Assembly (NCBI GenBank): GCA_032128875.1
Contig: JAVLKG010000011.1
Span: 140,392-204,391, forward strand
DNA: 64,000 nt
Source: Candidatus Melainabacteria bacterium 17Bon1m
GTDB lineage: Bacteria > Cyanobacteriota > Vampirovibrionia > Obscuribacterales > Obscuribacteraceae
Direction of reading: 5' to 3'
The notes under the pieces are model-generated. The model was given only the letters and a program-made list of their open reading frames with translations, ran no database searches and was not told the DNA's origin. How positions within the stretch are numbered: position 1 is the stretch's first letter; every line of letters starts with the position of its first letter. This document shows, one piece after another, positions 47,133-58,598 of this stretch. A program made the position numbers and the translations under genes.

Positions 47133-47810
47133 GTGGCGAAGATACTACTCGTTGAAGATGACAAAGATCTGTCATTGACGGTGAGCAAATGGTTGGAAGC
47201 GCAAAATTATGCTGTCGATACCGCATTTGATGGCACAGAAGGCTATGAATATCTGAAACGAGGGCGATATGAAGTCATTGTTTTAGATTGGCAATTACCC
47301 GGAATGACTGGAGTTGAGCTGGCAAGAAAATTCCGGGCTGAAGGCGGAGCCACTCCCATTTTGATGCTAACCGGCAAAGGAAAAGTAGAGGACAAAGAAG
47401 AAGGTCTTGACGCCGGCGCCGACGATTATTTGACAAAACCTTTTAATATGCGTGAGTTAACAGCACGTATTCGTGCGCTTCTACGGCGCTCTCCCACACC
47501 TGCTGGTCAGAGTTTGAAGGTCGGAGAGATCGAACTGGATCCGCAAAAGCGCTTATTGAAAAAGAACGGTGTCGCAGTGCACGTAGTGCCTAAAGATTTT
47601 GCCGTCCTCGAATTTCTCATGCGTTATCCTGGCGAGGTCTTTAGCGCCGAGGCGCTATTGCAGCGAGTTTGGAGTTTTGATAGCGAAGCGTCTACAGATG
47701 CTGTTCGTACGTCTGTAAAGCGTTTGCGCAAGGCACTCGATGAAGGTGCCGATGAGAAAAACTCTTGTATAGAGAATGTTCGGACCCTTGGTTATCGTTT
47801 GCGCGTTTAG
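47133..47810 (+). CDS. OmpR/PhoB-family response regulator
   Basis: VEDD, LDWQLP, LTGK, DDYLTKPF, wHTH ending VRTLGYRL. Confidence 0.95.
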   Translation: MAKILLVEDDKDLSLTVSKWLEAQNYAVDTAFDGTEGYEYLKRGRYEVIVLDWQLPGMTGVELARKFRAEGGATPILMLTGKGKVEDKEEGLDAGADDYLTKPFNMRELTARIRALLRRSPTPAGQSLKVGEIELDPQKRLLKKNGVAVHVVPKDFAVLEFLMRYPGEVFSAEALLQRVWSFDSEASTDAVRTSVKRLRKALDEGADEKNSCIENVRTLGYRLRV

Positions 47811-47870
47811 TGATAAAAATCGCCGAGGCGGAACGCACGTAAATTCGGCGTCGGTGTTTGTCTTTCAATC

Positions 47871-47892
47871 TTGTCACTATTTTGTCACTTTT
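47871..47892 (+). promoter_or_regulatory. 11-bp direct repeat resembling an OmpR/PhoB box
   Basis: TTGTCACTATT-TTGTCACTTTT. Confidence 0.5.
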
Positions 47893-48021
47893 ATTGCCGG
47901 AAAGCCTAAGCCTGTGGCTTTTATGGGACTTCTACGAAGCGTGGGAATTCCCCCAGTGACTCGCCGAATCTGCGTCGCTAATATGCGCATAAATCCCCTT
48001 GCACGCAAAATTGAGGTTCCT

Positions 48022-48939
48022 ATGGGACGCGGAGAAAGAGAAGCCGTCACTGACGGCTCGGGTAGTTCTGCCCAGAATAAAGCAACCGAGCTTTTCCATG
48101 ACGTAAGCGGCAGTATTAGCGGTTTTTTCAATCGCAATAAAAAGAAAGTCGAAGAACAGATCAGTAATATCGACACTGATCAGCTCAAAGAACAAGCAGT
48201 TCGCGTCGGCGAGTCTCTCGGGCGAGTAGCACGCGATCAGGCTCAGCAGGAAGTTAATGGTGTGCGTCGCGACGTCGACCAAGCAAGAAAAGGCAACTAC
48301 GAGCCCCTGATTAAACGTGGTATCGAGGTCGGTACCCTTGGTGCCGGTGGCATCGCCGGAGAAGTGGCAAAGCGATTTGGTCTAGGCGACAAGATCACGG
48401 AATTTGCCGAGAAAAAACTTGTGCAAGCAACTCGCGTTGACACTGCTGGTTTTGTCAAAAATTTGGATGAGATGTTCAAAACTGTCGACACCAACGGCGA
48501 CAATTTCATGGACAAATCGGAAATCGAAGCGGCGCAGAAAGACAAGGTTTTTTGGGCGCAGTATGCATTCACTTTCAAATATCTCGGCGACAAATACGAC
48601 CAGCTGCAAAATCTCAGTAATGATGAATGGTTTAGCGAAGACAACGGCATCTCTCGCGGTGACGTAAAAGCATTGGCGAAAGCAGTTGAAAGTGGCACCG
48701 GATTTGGTGCGGCCCTAGGTAATGCATTCAACAATACCTGGGATACCAGCTGGCACGCGGGCGTCGCCGGCGGAGCAGCAGGTGTTGGTCATGCCTTTTT
48801 GAAGGGTGGAGCGGGCTCAGTTAGAACCGGTTTGATTGTGGGCGGTATTGCATTTGCCGGCGGTTTGGTTCACGACTCAGCTGACTACCTTCTATTTAGA
48901 CGTGGAAAGTTGGAAACAACAATCAAAGATTTGGGTTAA
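48022..48939 (+). CDS. EF-hand protein with C-terminal glycine-zipper-like hydrophobic hairpin
   Basis: SD GAGG before ATG 48022; DTNGDNFMDKSE loop; GVAGGAAGVG...GLIVGGIAFAGG. Confidence 0.78.
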   Translation: MGRGEREAVTDGSGSSAQNKATELFHDVSGSISGFFNRNKKKVEEQISNIDTDQLKEQAVRVGESLGRVARDQAQQEVNGVRRDVDQARKGNYEPLIKRGIEVGTLGAGGIAGEVAKRFGLGDKITEFAEKKLVQATRVDTAGFVKNLDEMFKTVDTNGDNFMDKSEIEAAQKDKVFWAQYAFTFKYLGDKYDQLQNLSNDEWFSEDNGISRGDVKALAKAVESGTGFGAALGNAFNNTWDTSWHAGVAGGAAGVGHAFLKGGAGSVRTGLIVGGIAFAGGLVHDSADYLLFRRGKLETTIKDLG

Positions 48940-49000
48940 CTAGCTGATTGAAAGCCTTTTGGTGGTAAGGTAGTGACGTTTAGGATCGGAAATACCGAAC

Positions 49001-50032
49001 TTGCGCCGCGCGCCCGCAATCATCTTGGCAATAGTCGCCCTGTTATCTGCTAATGCGGACTACTCCGGCGCAGCCACGCCGAAGACGGCACCCGCCGCTG
49101 TTTCTCGCGATTTAGAAACAGAGAATAAGGTCGTTCAGGTTTTGGGTTCGTATAACTTGGATGGCTGGAATGCTCAGCCTCTGCAGATCTTTCCGCGAGT
49201 AATGACTTCTGGCGGAGCAGGGGTAAAGCCTGATGTGCAAGCCGCCGACATGCTCCCTGCATATCAATTATTCGGCTTGGAGCCGCAAATTTACGACATA
49301 CTTGCGGAATTCGGCATTCGCAAATGTTGCAGACGAACCTATCAACGCGGGCAGCGTTTTATTCATGCAGTGGTTTACTTTTTCTCCACGCCTGAAGGAG
49401 CGTATGGCGCATACAACTACATGAGGCAAGGTTCTTCGACAATTGTAGTGCGTGGTGCAGGATCGAGCGAGGACGACCAGAGCATCTCGTTTTGGAAAGG
49501 ACAGAGTTTTGTTCGCCTATCGCAAACTTCTGAAGAAGATGAAGAGAGCAAAGAAGCCTTGCGCACAATCGCACAAGTAGTTGATTCGACTATTCAGTCC
49601 ACATCATTACCTCCTCTTGTACTAAATCAACTTCCCGTTATAGATCGAGTAAAGGGCACAGAAAAACTTGTGATGGGACCAAATTCCGGACGTAAGTTTT
49701 TCCCCGCACCGTATGTTGCTTCTCTTTCGCTAGAGCGAGCAAGGGCTGCAGTTACTGCCGACTATAGATTTCAAATGCCACCCGAGCGGCTGAAGCTCTT
49801 AGTGATCGATTACGGCAATGTTTCGCTCGCTAGCTCAGTCTACGAAAGCTATCGCAACAATATTGATGAAGAGCACGAAGCCAAAAACATAAGTGATGCC
49901 AATACTCCGACCGGCATTGTCAAACTGGACAATGGTTACATGCTGGTACAGCTGCGGGGGGCGCGTATTTTTGTAATTATGGGCGCGCGCAAAAAAGTTT
50001 CACCCATGATGCTGGCGCGTCAAATTCCTTAG
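49001..50032 (+). CDS. Exported hypothetical protein (DUF6599-like, from recollection)
   Basis: Signal peptide; PEGAYGAY and ISFWKGQSFVRL motifs. Confidence 0.6.
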   Translation: MRRAPAIILAIVALLSANADYSGAATPKTAPAAVSRDLETENKVVQVLGSYNLDGWNAQPLQIFPRVMTSGGAGVKPDVQAADMLPAYQLFGLEPQIYDILAEFGIRKCCRRTYQRGQRFIHAVVYFFSTPEGAYGAYNYMRQGSSTIVVRGAGSSEDDQSISFWKGQSFVRLSQTSEEDEESKEALRTIAQVVDSTIQSTSLPPLVLNQLPVIDRVKGTEKLVMGPNSGRKFFPAPYVASLSLERARAAVTADYRFQMPPERLKLLVIDYGNVSLASSVYESYRNNIDEEHEAKNISDANTPTGIVKLDNGYMLVQLRGARIFVIMGARKKVSPMMLARQIP

Positions 50033-50072
50033 TGCCGTTTTCTCTTTGTCTTCATTCTTGACCGCAAAGATA

Positions 50073-50099
50073 AACACCCCCGCTGCAGGCGAGGGTGTT
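50073..50099. terminator. Hairpin between convergent genes
   Basis: AACACCCCCGC...GCGAGGGTGTT. Confidence 0.5.
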
Positions 50100-50137
50100 C
50101 GAGCGATTCATTAGACTGAGAGTATCAGAGGGACTGA

Positions 50138-50821
50138 TTAGTCTCTTCTATCTTTCCATTCTTTCTGGTTGAGTTTTTGCTGTCTTTGTTCCAGTTGCTT
50201 ACGCTCATGTCTGTCGAGACGACCGTCTGACATCATTTGAGCTTGTTTTGCGTTCAATTGGTTTCTTTGCTTGTTGAGTTGATTTTGTTCTTGAGCTGTT
50301 ATCCCTGCTCCTGGCACACCATCGCCTCTGCGATTCCAATTGTTATTCCAATTCCTTGATCTCCAGTTGTTGTACTGGTTCCAGTTGTTTTTGGTGACCC
50401 ATCTGCCGTTGTCCCAGTGACCATAGCGCCAGTCATTGTTATTTGGCTTGTAATTTCTGGACCATGACCAAGGATTACTTCCGAGCATTTGACGGTCATT
50501 ACTTTCTCTGTATACGTCTTGCGAAAGTTGATCGAGTTGTTGGTCGATCGTTCTTTGATCAGACGGGCTGATACCGTCTCTCGAGAGCTGGAATTTCAGC
50601 GCATTGATGTCGTTGAGACGGTTTTGCAGACGATTTGCTTCGTCCGCTGTCAGGCTTCCGTTGGCTCTACCAGCATTGATACGAGCTTGCTCATTCGTTA
50701 CCAGTGAATTCAAATTCCAGTGTTGGAAGCTTGGCAAATTGAGCCAATTCTGTGCTTGTGCGGGACTTGCAATTGCTGCAACCGTTGCGACCGCGAGCAA
50801 CGATAGTGCTAAACGCTTCAT
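50138..50821 (-). CDS. Exported helical-repeat protein with a Trp/Asn-rich segment
   Basis: SD GGAG, signal ending AQA, two Q.RI..G...G.LT..E...L-like units. Confidence 0.8.
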   Translation of the reverse strand: MKRLALSLLAVATVAAIASPAQAQNWLNLPSFQHWNLNSLVTNEQARINAGRANGSLTADEANRLQNRLNDINALKFQLSRDGISPSDQRTIDQQLDQLSQDVYRESNDRQMLGSNPWSWSRNYKPNNNDWRYGHWDNGRWVTKNNWNQYNNWRSRNWNNNWNRRGDGVPGAGITAQEQNQLNKQRNQLNAKQAQMMSDGRLDRHERKQLEQRQQKLNQKEWKDRRD

Positions 50822-51082
50822 ATGTTTTTCTCCAAAGGCAAACCTTGTGTAAATCTACAAGTTCGGACGACAGCATTGCATGATTTGATTCCATGAAGGT
50901 CAAAAATCTACATTAGCTGATGTTAATCTTGCAAAACACTGATTATCAGTGCTTCCGTGCCAATGCGCCACGCGTGTTCGCTCATCTGAGGTATAGAAAA
51001 TCGGGGAACATTGCCTATGGCGATTGGCTTGATGTCGGATAATCCCGGCGCAATTATTATTGGTATCCCGGAATTTGAATCT

Positions 51083-52588
51083 ATGTATAGAAAAGCGAGT
51101 CACATTGTCCTGAAAAATTTGACCGCAAGATCTTCTGCGCTCGCTTGTGCTTTCTTCATACTGTTTTCCTTTGCAACCGGGTGTGATGCCAAGGAAAGTG
51201 ATTCAAGTGTTGATTTGAAGAAGGCCGAGTTCTACATGCAAAGGCGACTTCCAGATCGCGCGCTACCTTTTCTTGACAGTGTGATTGCTCGAGAGCCGAA
51301 GAACACTGGTGCAATGTTGTTGAAAGCAAATGCGCTGTCGCAAATGAAGAAGTTTCCAGAGGCGCGGTTATTGGTCAACTCGGTACTCCGTCTTGAGCCT
51401 CGCAATGTAAGCGCGCTTGCACTGGGCGCCAACATCAAATTCGCTCAAGGAGAGCCTCGCCAATCAGCAGCAGATATCAAAGAAGTAATTCGACTCGACC
51501 CGAAGAACGCGCCCGCGCGTATCCTGCTCGCGCAGCTGTTTGAGCGTGAGGGTAAACAGAAAGAAGCAATGCGCGAATGCGAAAAGGCGGTTCAGCTGGA
51601 GCCAAACAATGCGGCTATTTGGAGGCAAACAGCTGTTATTCAGCGTGCCATTCGCAGGCCGCATTTGACCGTGCTGGCATTTCAAAAAGCAATCGCGCTA
51701 GCACCTGATGATGTCATCAACTACGACGAGCTTGCTTCATTCTTCTTTGATCGAAAGTCATATGAGAAGGCACTTCTCAATACTCAGAAAGCAATTCAGC
51801 TTAATCCTGAAGATGGATTTGCGCATTTGACTCGCGGACGAATACTGATGGCGTGGCGAAAATTGCGTGAAGCTTTTGCTTCTGCTGAGGCAGCCGAGCG
51901 CTCCTTGCCCTATAGCGGTGAGCCTAATGCCTTAAAAGGAGAGCTGTATCAGCGCATGATGGACGATGATGCGTCTGTTTTAGAGTACAACAAAGCAATT
52001 GCAAAGCAGCCGCAGATGGCGAGATTCTACATGGGCAGAGGAACCGCGGAGTTGGGTCGGCGTAATTTCGAAGCCAGTATCAAAGACTTCACTCATGCGC
52101 ATGAGCTTAGCCGCAGTGATACCACCGCCTTGTCTATGCGCTCCGACGTCTACGAAGGGCTCAACAAATGGGATTTTGCTTATAAGGATTTGACTGAATG
52201 CATCAAAGCGAATCCTAAAGAAACCACTTTATATCTCAGAAGGGCAATTGCGCTAAGACATTTGCATCGAGTGCCGGAAGCTGTGGCTGATTACAACAAA
52301 GCCGTAGAGCTTCATCCTTCCGATATCAACTATGAGCGGCGAGGCGACTTCTATCTGCAATCGAAGGAGTTGAATAAGTCCGTGGCAGACTTCAAGGCGG
52401 CTCTGCGCATACAGCCGGCAAACAAGAAAGCACTGCAGGGTTTGTCTTCTGCATATGAAGGATTAGGGCGCAAAGACCTGGCTGCTGATGCCAGAAACCG
52501 AGCGACTGGAGATATGGAAAGAGTGATCGACCAGTACAGTCGCACTTCTGACGGTTTCAACCGCCTCAAGCGCAGCCTCGGAAAGTAA
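51083..52588 (+). CDS. Exported TPR-repeat protein (possibly a lipoprotein)
   Basis: Hydrophobic segment ending FATGC, many TPRs; start uncertain (51011-51083). Confidence 0.85.
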   Translation: MYRKASHIVLKNLTARSSALACAFFILFSFATGCDAKESDSSVDLKKAEFYMQRRLPDRALPFLDSVIAREPKNTGAMLLKANALSQMKKFPEARLLVNSVLRLEPRNVSALALGANIKFAQGEPRQSAADIKEVIRLDPKNAPARILLAQLFEREGKQKEAMRECEKAVQLEPNNAAIWRQTAVIQRAIRRPHLTVLAFQKAIALAPDDVINYDELASFFFDRKSYEKALLNTQKAIQLNPEDGFAHLTRGRILMAWRKLREAFASAEAAERSLPYSGEPNALKGELYQRMMDDDASVLEYNKAIAKQPQMARFYMGRGTAELGRRNFEASIKDFTHAHELSRSDTTALSMRSDVYEGLNKWDFAYKDLTECIKANPKETTLYLRRAIALRHLHRVPEAVADYNKAVELHPSDINYERRGDFYLQSKELNKSVADFKAALRIQPANKKALQGLSSAYEGLGRKDLAADARNRATGDMERVIDQYSRTSDGFNRLKRSLGK

Positions 52589-52957
52589 GAGAGGATGCGG
52601 GTTTTGTCCGTGCGCTTTTGAAATCGATGGAGAAACTTGTATCTACATATAAGGAATATTCTTACGGACATCCAAGTGGATATCCTCCTCAAAGCGCATA
52701 ACGACAGATTTTTCGAGTACCTGGGGATTAGTTATATCTAGGAAAAAGGAATTTTCGCCGAAATGGACTTTTTTACCTGCTCTTTGCGAGAGTCCAGTGG
52801 GGGAGCCAGATGTTCCTCGAAAAGCGCAGTAGCTCTTCGATTTGAGAAATGAGAAACACCGATAGAAATGCGATATAGAGCCAATTCTTAAGGGAGTGTA
52901 TATATTTCAAATTGCTAAAAGATCTCCAAAATAGGCGTATATGGCGCTTTCCGGCAT

Positions 52958-52986
52958 TTGACACCTCCAACACGAGTTGATATGAT
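52958..52986 (+). promoter_or_regulatory. rRNA sigma70 promoter
   Basis: TTGACA (52958-52963), 17 nt, TATGAT (52981-52986). Confidence 0.85.
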
Positions 52987-53141
52987 TCATTTTGTTGAGT
53001 CGCTTCGGCGGCTGCGAAATTTGTTCGCTAATGAAACAACTCGAACCCTGACAACTGAATAGCCATGAACGGCGCCTGTCAATAATTTTGAGCAGGAATT
53101 CAGGAAAATCTCCTGTTCGTTAGTACTCCTAACGAACTTTG

Positions 53142-54652
<1,511 letters not shown>

Positions 54653-54908
54653 GGGAGTAAGCGGATATGTTCTTTCGGTAAAGAGCAAAACTCCGCCACG
54701 AAACATGCTTAAGTCGCACAATTCACGTAGCGACGCTGATAGCAGAAATGCCACAGCCTGCGTGTGTTTCTCCTAGGTCGAGGCCATAGACGGCTATCTG
54801 GTATAAAAAACCTTGCTCAAAACCAGATAGAGAGAGGCAGACAGGCATCAGGATTGGCTATTCAGTAATCAGGGCTCGAACCAATTTGGTTCAGCACCAA
54901 AATCATCG

Positions 54909-54934
54909 AAGGGAGACGAGAGTCTCCCTTTTTT
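54909..54934 (+). terminator. Intrinsic terminator closing the 16S transcript
   Basis: AAGGGAGAC-GAGA-GTCTCCCTT-TTTT. Confidence 0.88.
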
Positions 54935-55126
54935 GCTTTAAGCACCAGTTGCGATGTTCGTACTGGCTGCGTTTTGAGCAGTTACTGGTTCACAGACTGG
55001 TTATAGATTGGCGCATCCATTTCTGCAGTTACGCAGAAATCACGATGGCCGGACAAAGATTGAGGAGTCCGATGACCGGCACTGGTCATGAGATGCCTTC
55101 CCCAATCGAAATCATAGGTGCTAACC

Positions 55127-55411
55127 ATGGGTGCATGTCCAATTGAATCATCCGAAGATTTTGTCCCTGGTCTCAAGGAAATCCAGGCGCAGATTACTGA
55201 CGCGAAAAGTGAGTCCAATAGAGCTGCCGCTGTCAGCGCGATGATGCGAGAAGTCGAGACAATCAATAGCTACAACACAGACCGTTGTCCCTATTCGGTT
55301 GACGTTGCCGAGTTGAATAGTTTGCTGCAGCCTAATTCTTCTTTGCGAGTCGAAAAAGACGGAGATAAAGAGTACCTGGTGTTCGATCCACCTAACAAAG
55401 GAAAGCAGTAG
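55127..55411 (+). CDS. Small hypothetical protein
   Basis: SD AGGTG, 94-aa ORF filling the gap; no family recognised. Confidence 0.55.
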   Translation: MGACPIESSEDFVPGLKEIQAQITDAKSESNRAAAVSAMMREVETINSYNTDRCPYSVDVAELNSLLQPNSSLRVEKDGDKEYLVFDPPNKGKQ

Positions 55412-55429
55412 GCTTTTGATAAAGCCAGG

Positions 55430-56623
55430 TCACCAATTCCAAGGTACTTTTTTGAGTTCGTCTTTCCATTCTCTGGATGGCATGACATCGGGCCTTCTTG
55501 CCAAATCGATGATCACTTGCGGATGGGTATAGAGCGGTGTTGAAAAGGGACCAGTCGAAGGACCGGCGGCCTTCTTGGTTTCATAAGGCACTATGCGAAC
55601 CTTGGCGGCATCGCTCATTCTGTGTATTAGCGCGGCGACCGGTTCTTTTCTGCTTGGAGTACGAACGCCTGCAGTGAGTAGTTGATTTGCGATGTATCGC
55701 TCTGGGCGATGAGCGTCTATAGCAGCCCGCAAGCTCAGATGGCTGTCACACGAGAGATACTGCATTGCCAAAAAGCGCAAATCTGCTTGTCCATAGATGT
55801 TGGCGTTGTCTCTCACATTCTGGAGATCTCTGCGAAACTGCTCAAAATTGCCCATTCTATAATTGATGAGAGCGCGAGCTCCATGTAGAGCGGGATGGAA
55901 CGGACTATAGCTGAGCAGCTCATCGGCAGTGACGAGGGCGTTTTCCAAATTGATGATTGTCTTTCCGTCGCCCATGAAATTATTGACGAGATAGATCACC
56001 TTCTCCTCAGGACGGAAGAAGTAGTATTCGGTCAACGCGCAGTCCGGCAGCCGAAGCCGCAGTTCTTCAATTGCTTCTGTGGTCACAAGTGGCATGTCGA
56101 ACGAGAATTTCGACAACTGTTTGCAGTATGAAAGTGCGAGAAAAGAATCGTCGAAAATTGTTGGTGCTGCGAGTCTAAGTGAATTGAGAGAGCTGACTCG
56201 AGAAATAAATAGAACACCTTTTTCAGCAATTGTGCATCCTGAAATTTCTAAATACTCTAGTTTTGGAAAGTGCAGGAGAATCGCCAAACCATCGTCGCTC
56301 ACCCGGGTTTTTACGAGTTGCAGCCCTTCCAATTGATGCAAATTTCTCAACTGGATGATACCACTGTCGGTGACAGCAGCGTCGTCAATGCTCAACCACT
56401 TCAATGATCGCAGCTCTTTGAGAGAGTTGAGACCTTGATCTGTGACGCTTGTTTCTACGAGATGTAACTCCTTGAGATTGTTGCATCTCTCGAGCACTTT
56501 GAGACCATAGTCAGAAACCGCACGTCCGTACAAAACCAGGCTTTGCAGATCTCTCAGACGATCCGCTTTTGTTATAAGGGCACTGTCTGTCCAGCGACAG
56601 AGTGTATCAACAAAGTTATTCAT
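55430..56623 (-). CDS. Leucine-rich-repeat protein
   Basis: LxxLxL..T.V.D.GL repeats; start uncertain (56623 or 56701). Confidence 0.82.
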   Translation of the reverse strand: MNNFVDTLCRWTDSALITKADRLRDLQSLVLYGRAVSDYGLKVLERCNNLKELHLVETSVTDQGLNSLKELRSLKWLSIDDAAVTDSGIIQLRNLHQLEGLQLVKTRVSDDGLAILLHFPKLEYLEISGCTIAEKGVLFISRVSSLNSLRLAAPTIFDDSFLALSYCKQLSKFSFDMPLVTTEAIEELRLRLPDCALTEYYFFRPEEKVIYLVNNFMGDGKTIINLENALVTADELLSYSPFHPALHGARALINYRMGNFEQFRRDLQNVRDNANIYGQADLRFLAMQYLSCDSHLSLRAAIDAHRPERYIANQLLTAGVRTPSRKEPVAALIHRMSDAAKVRIVPYETKKAAGPSTGPFSTPLYTHPQVIIDLARRPDVMPSREWKDELKKVPWNW

Positions 56624-56750
56624 AGTCGTATGAGGCACACATAGACCAACGCTCTTACCTTGTACCCGGCTTATTACCTGGCTACTCGCTAAACCCCGCA
56701 TGGTTAGCTGGATTTAATGATGTCAAGCGATGTTTGTGTGGACTGGCTTT

Positions 56751-57296
56751 TCAGCCTCGCTGCAGGCCTGTCGGATGGTAGACGTAGATATACCAAAGAT
56801 CCGGATCTATCTGCTCAGACCAAAACTCGAAATGTTTGGCGTGCCAGATATCAAAGAGCGGTTGCGGCTCCCACATGTGTTTGACACCAATGATTTCGCC
56901 TGGTTTGCTGGTGTTTACCGCTATATTGATTGGTGGCATCGGATCGCCAAGGCGCGCGTCCAGCGGTGTTACATCGACCCATTTGATTAGTGCCGGATCG
57001 CAGTTCGTCAGCCAGTCCGGTTTTGCTTTCTGTGACGTTGGCAGTGGGGCGTCCGCTTCGTATTCAGAAAGAGAATCATCACGGATGCCGGCTATTTCCA
57101 TCACTTTTTGAACCAGCTCTTGCTCGGGCATTCCCACCCTGACCGCGATTCTGCCAAGCGTTATACGCGGCGGCATCACTTTATTCATCAATGGATTGCG
57201 CAGTCTTGAGAAATCATGCGGGTTTAGACTGATGATGTATTCCAAAACATCAGGATGCGCGGCAAGGGCGGTTGAAAGACGTGTTTTTCCGTTCAT
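56751..57296 (-). CDS. DUF1858-like plus DUF2249 (TusA-like) domain protein
   Basis: HP...F.RLRNP.M N-terminal domain; H.WEP.PL C-terminal motif (family from recollection); SD GAGG. Confidence 0.62.
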   Translation of the reverse strand: MNGKTRLSTALAAHPDVLEYIISLNPHDFSRLRNPLMNKVMPPRITLGRIAVRVGMPEQELVQKVMEIAGIRDDSLSEYEADAPLPTSQKAKPDWLTNCDPALIKWVDVTPLDARLGDPMPPINIAVNTSKPGEIIGVKHMWEPQPLFDIWHAKHFEFWSEQIDPDLWYIYVYHPTGLQRG

Positions 57297-57382
57297 CTAA
57301 ACCTCATTGGCATTTGTACGCGTGGGCGATGCCGTTTTCTATATAATTATCCCAAGGTCTAGTTTGCTTTTGGGTGCATGTC

Positions 57383-58516
57383 ATGAAATTAGGTCGTGCC
57401 TTAATACTTTCTGCGTCAACACTTACTGTTATTTCGACAGGTTTTATACCTGTGTCAGGACACTCGTCGGTGCCTCTTTCGTTGACAGCATTTGCCGGCA
57501 CGGATGCAAAAGCACCTGCTGCGAGTACGGTTGCTACATCCACTACGAAGTCCAAGACGTATCAAACTGGAGTCGCGCTCTTTGGGGCAAAGCGATTTGA
57601 TGAAGCAGCGAGGTATTTTACAAGTGTCGTAAAGGCAGAGCCGACCAACGCAGAAGCCTACTACTACCTAGCCACCTGCCAGGCCATGGTGGGGGACGAA
57701 CCAGCTGCGAAGCGCCTTTATGAGTATGTCGTTAAATATTTTCCTGATACTCCTGCCGCAACCTCTTCAAAGCAATATCTAGATGTGCATGCCAGTGCAA
57801 ATGCAGCGAAGGAAACTGCCGACGCGGCAACTATTCAGAAGCAGGTTAAAGAGCTTGCGTCTGCCATTGAGGGCGTAAGGAAAAGTGCAACGACTGCGCC
57901 TGCTTCGATCTCTTCTCTGGTTCAAGTTGTTCGCGCGCGTGCCGACAGACCGAATGTTTCTACTGAAGCGATTGCTGCAATTAAAGGCGCAGTCGATAAG
58001 ATGCCTGTGTCGGTAAAGAATTTCATGTGGTCTCACAATGTGCGCATTTACGTCACTCCCACAGTTGAGGATTATTCACCTGGTGTGAAGTATCAGGAAG
58101 CGCGTGGTTATGAGGGTGGAACATACAAGAGCTGTCCGGCGTTTTATCAAAATAGAAAGATCGTAATTGCTGAGCGAACTATGGATGAAGGCGACGAGTC
58201 TATCAGAGACGCTTTCCCTCCAAATAGTATGGTTAATTCTCTTTACCACGAGACTGGTCACGCAATGGATTTTTGCTTGGACGGCATCTCCCACTCTGAG
58301 GAGTTCAAACACGCATATCTTCTCGATTCTGCCCATGTTGACCCAACAACTGCAAACACTCTGCGATATTATTTGCAAAAGTCTGAAGACGGACAGGAAG
58401 AATGTTGTGCTGAACTAATCGGCTTGTTGCTAGGTCAAACCGAAAGGCACACTGCTGAGATGCGAGCAACCTTTCCGCTGACACTTAAATTGCTGAGAGC
58501 TAAGCTCGGGCTTTAG
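57383..58516 (+). CDS. Exported TPR plus zinc metalloprotease (anthrax-lethal-factor/PPEP-like)
   Basis: Signal peptide ending AFA, TPR pair, HETGH (HExxH), YYLQ...EECCAE. Confidence 0.8.
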   Translation: MKLGRALILSASTLTVISTGFIPVSGHSSVPLSLTAFAGTDAKAPAASTVATSTTKSKTYQTGVALFGAKRFDEAARYFTSVVKAEPTNAEAYYYLATCQAMVGDEPAAKRLYEYVVKYFPDTPAATSSKQYLDVHASANAAKETADAATIQKQVKELASAIEGVRKSATTAPASISSLVQVVRARADRPNVSTEAIAAIKGAVDKMPVSVKNFMWSHNVRIYVTPTVEDYSPGVKYQEARGYEGGTYKSCPAFYQNRKIVIAERTMDEGDESIRDAFPPNSMVNSLYHETGHAMDFCLDGISHSEEFKHAYLLDSAHVDPTTANTLRYYLQKSEDGQEECCAELIGLLLGQTERHTAEMRATFPLTLKLLRAKLGL

Positions 58517-58527
58517 TGCAGACAAAA

Positions 58528-58561
58528 TGCAGGTGCATTGTTGATAAACAATACACCTGCA
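58528..58561. terminator. Hairpin between convergent genes
   Basis: TGCAGGTG-CATTGTT...AACAATA-CACCTGCA. Confidence 0.6.
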
Positions 58562-58598
58562 AATTCACATAGGGCTGCGGTTTTTTCAAGTTGCGCGT

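Noticed and set aside
47776-48021. 82-aa N-terminal extension of the EF-hand protein
   Set aside because: It overlaps the regulator gene and promoter-like DNA; the SD-supported start is ATG 48022.
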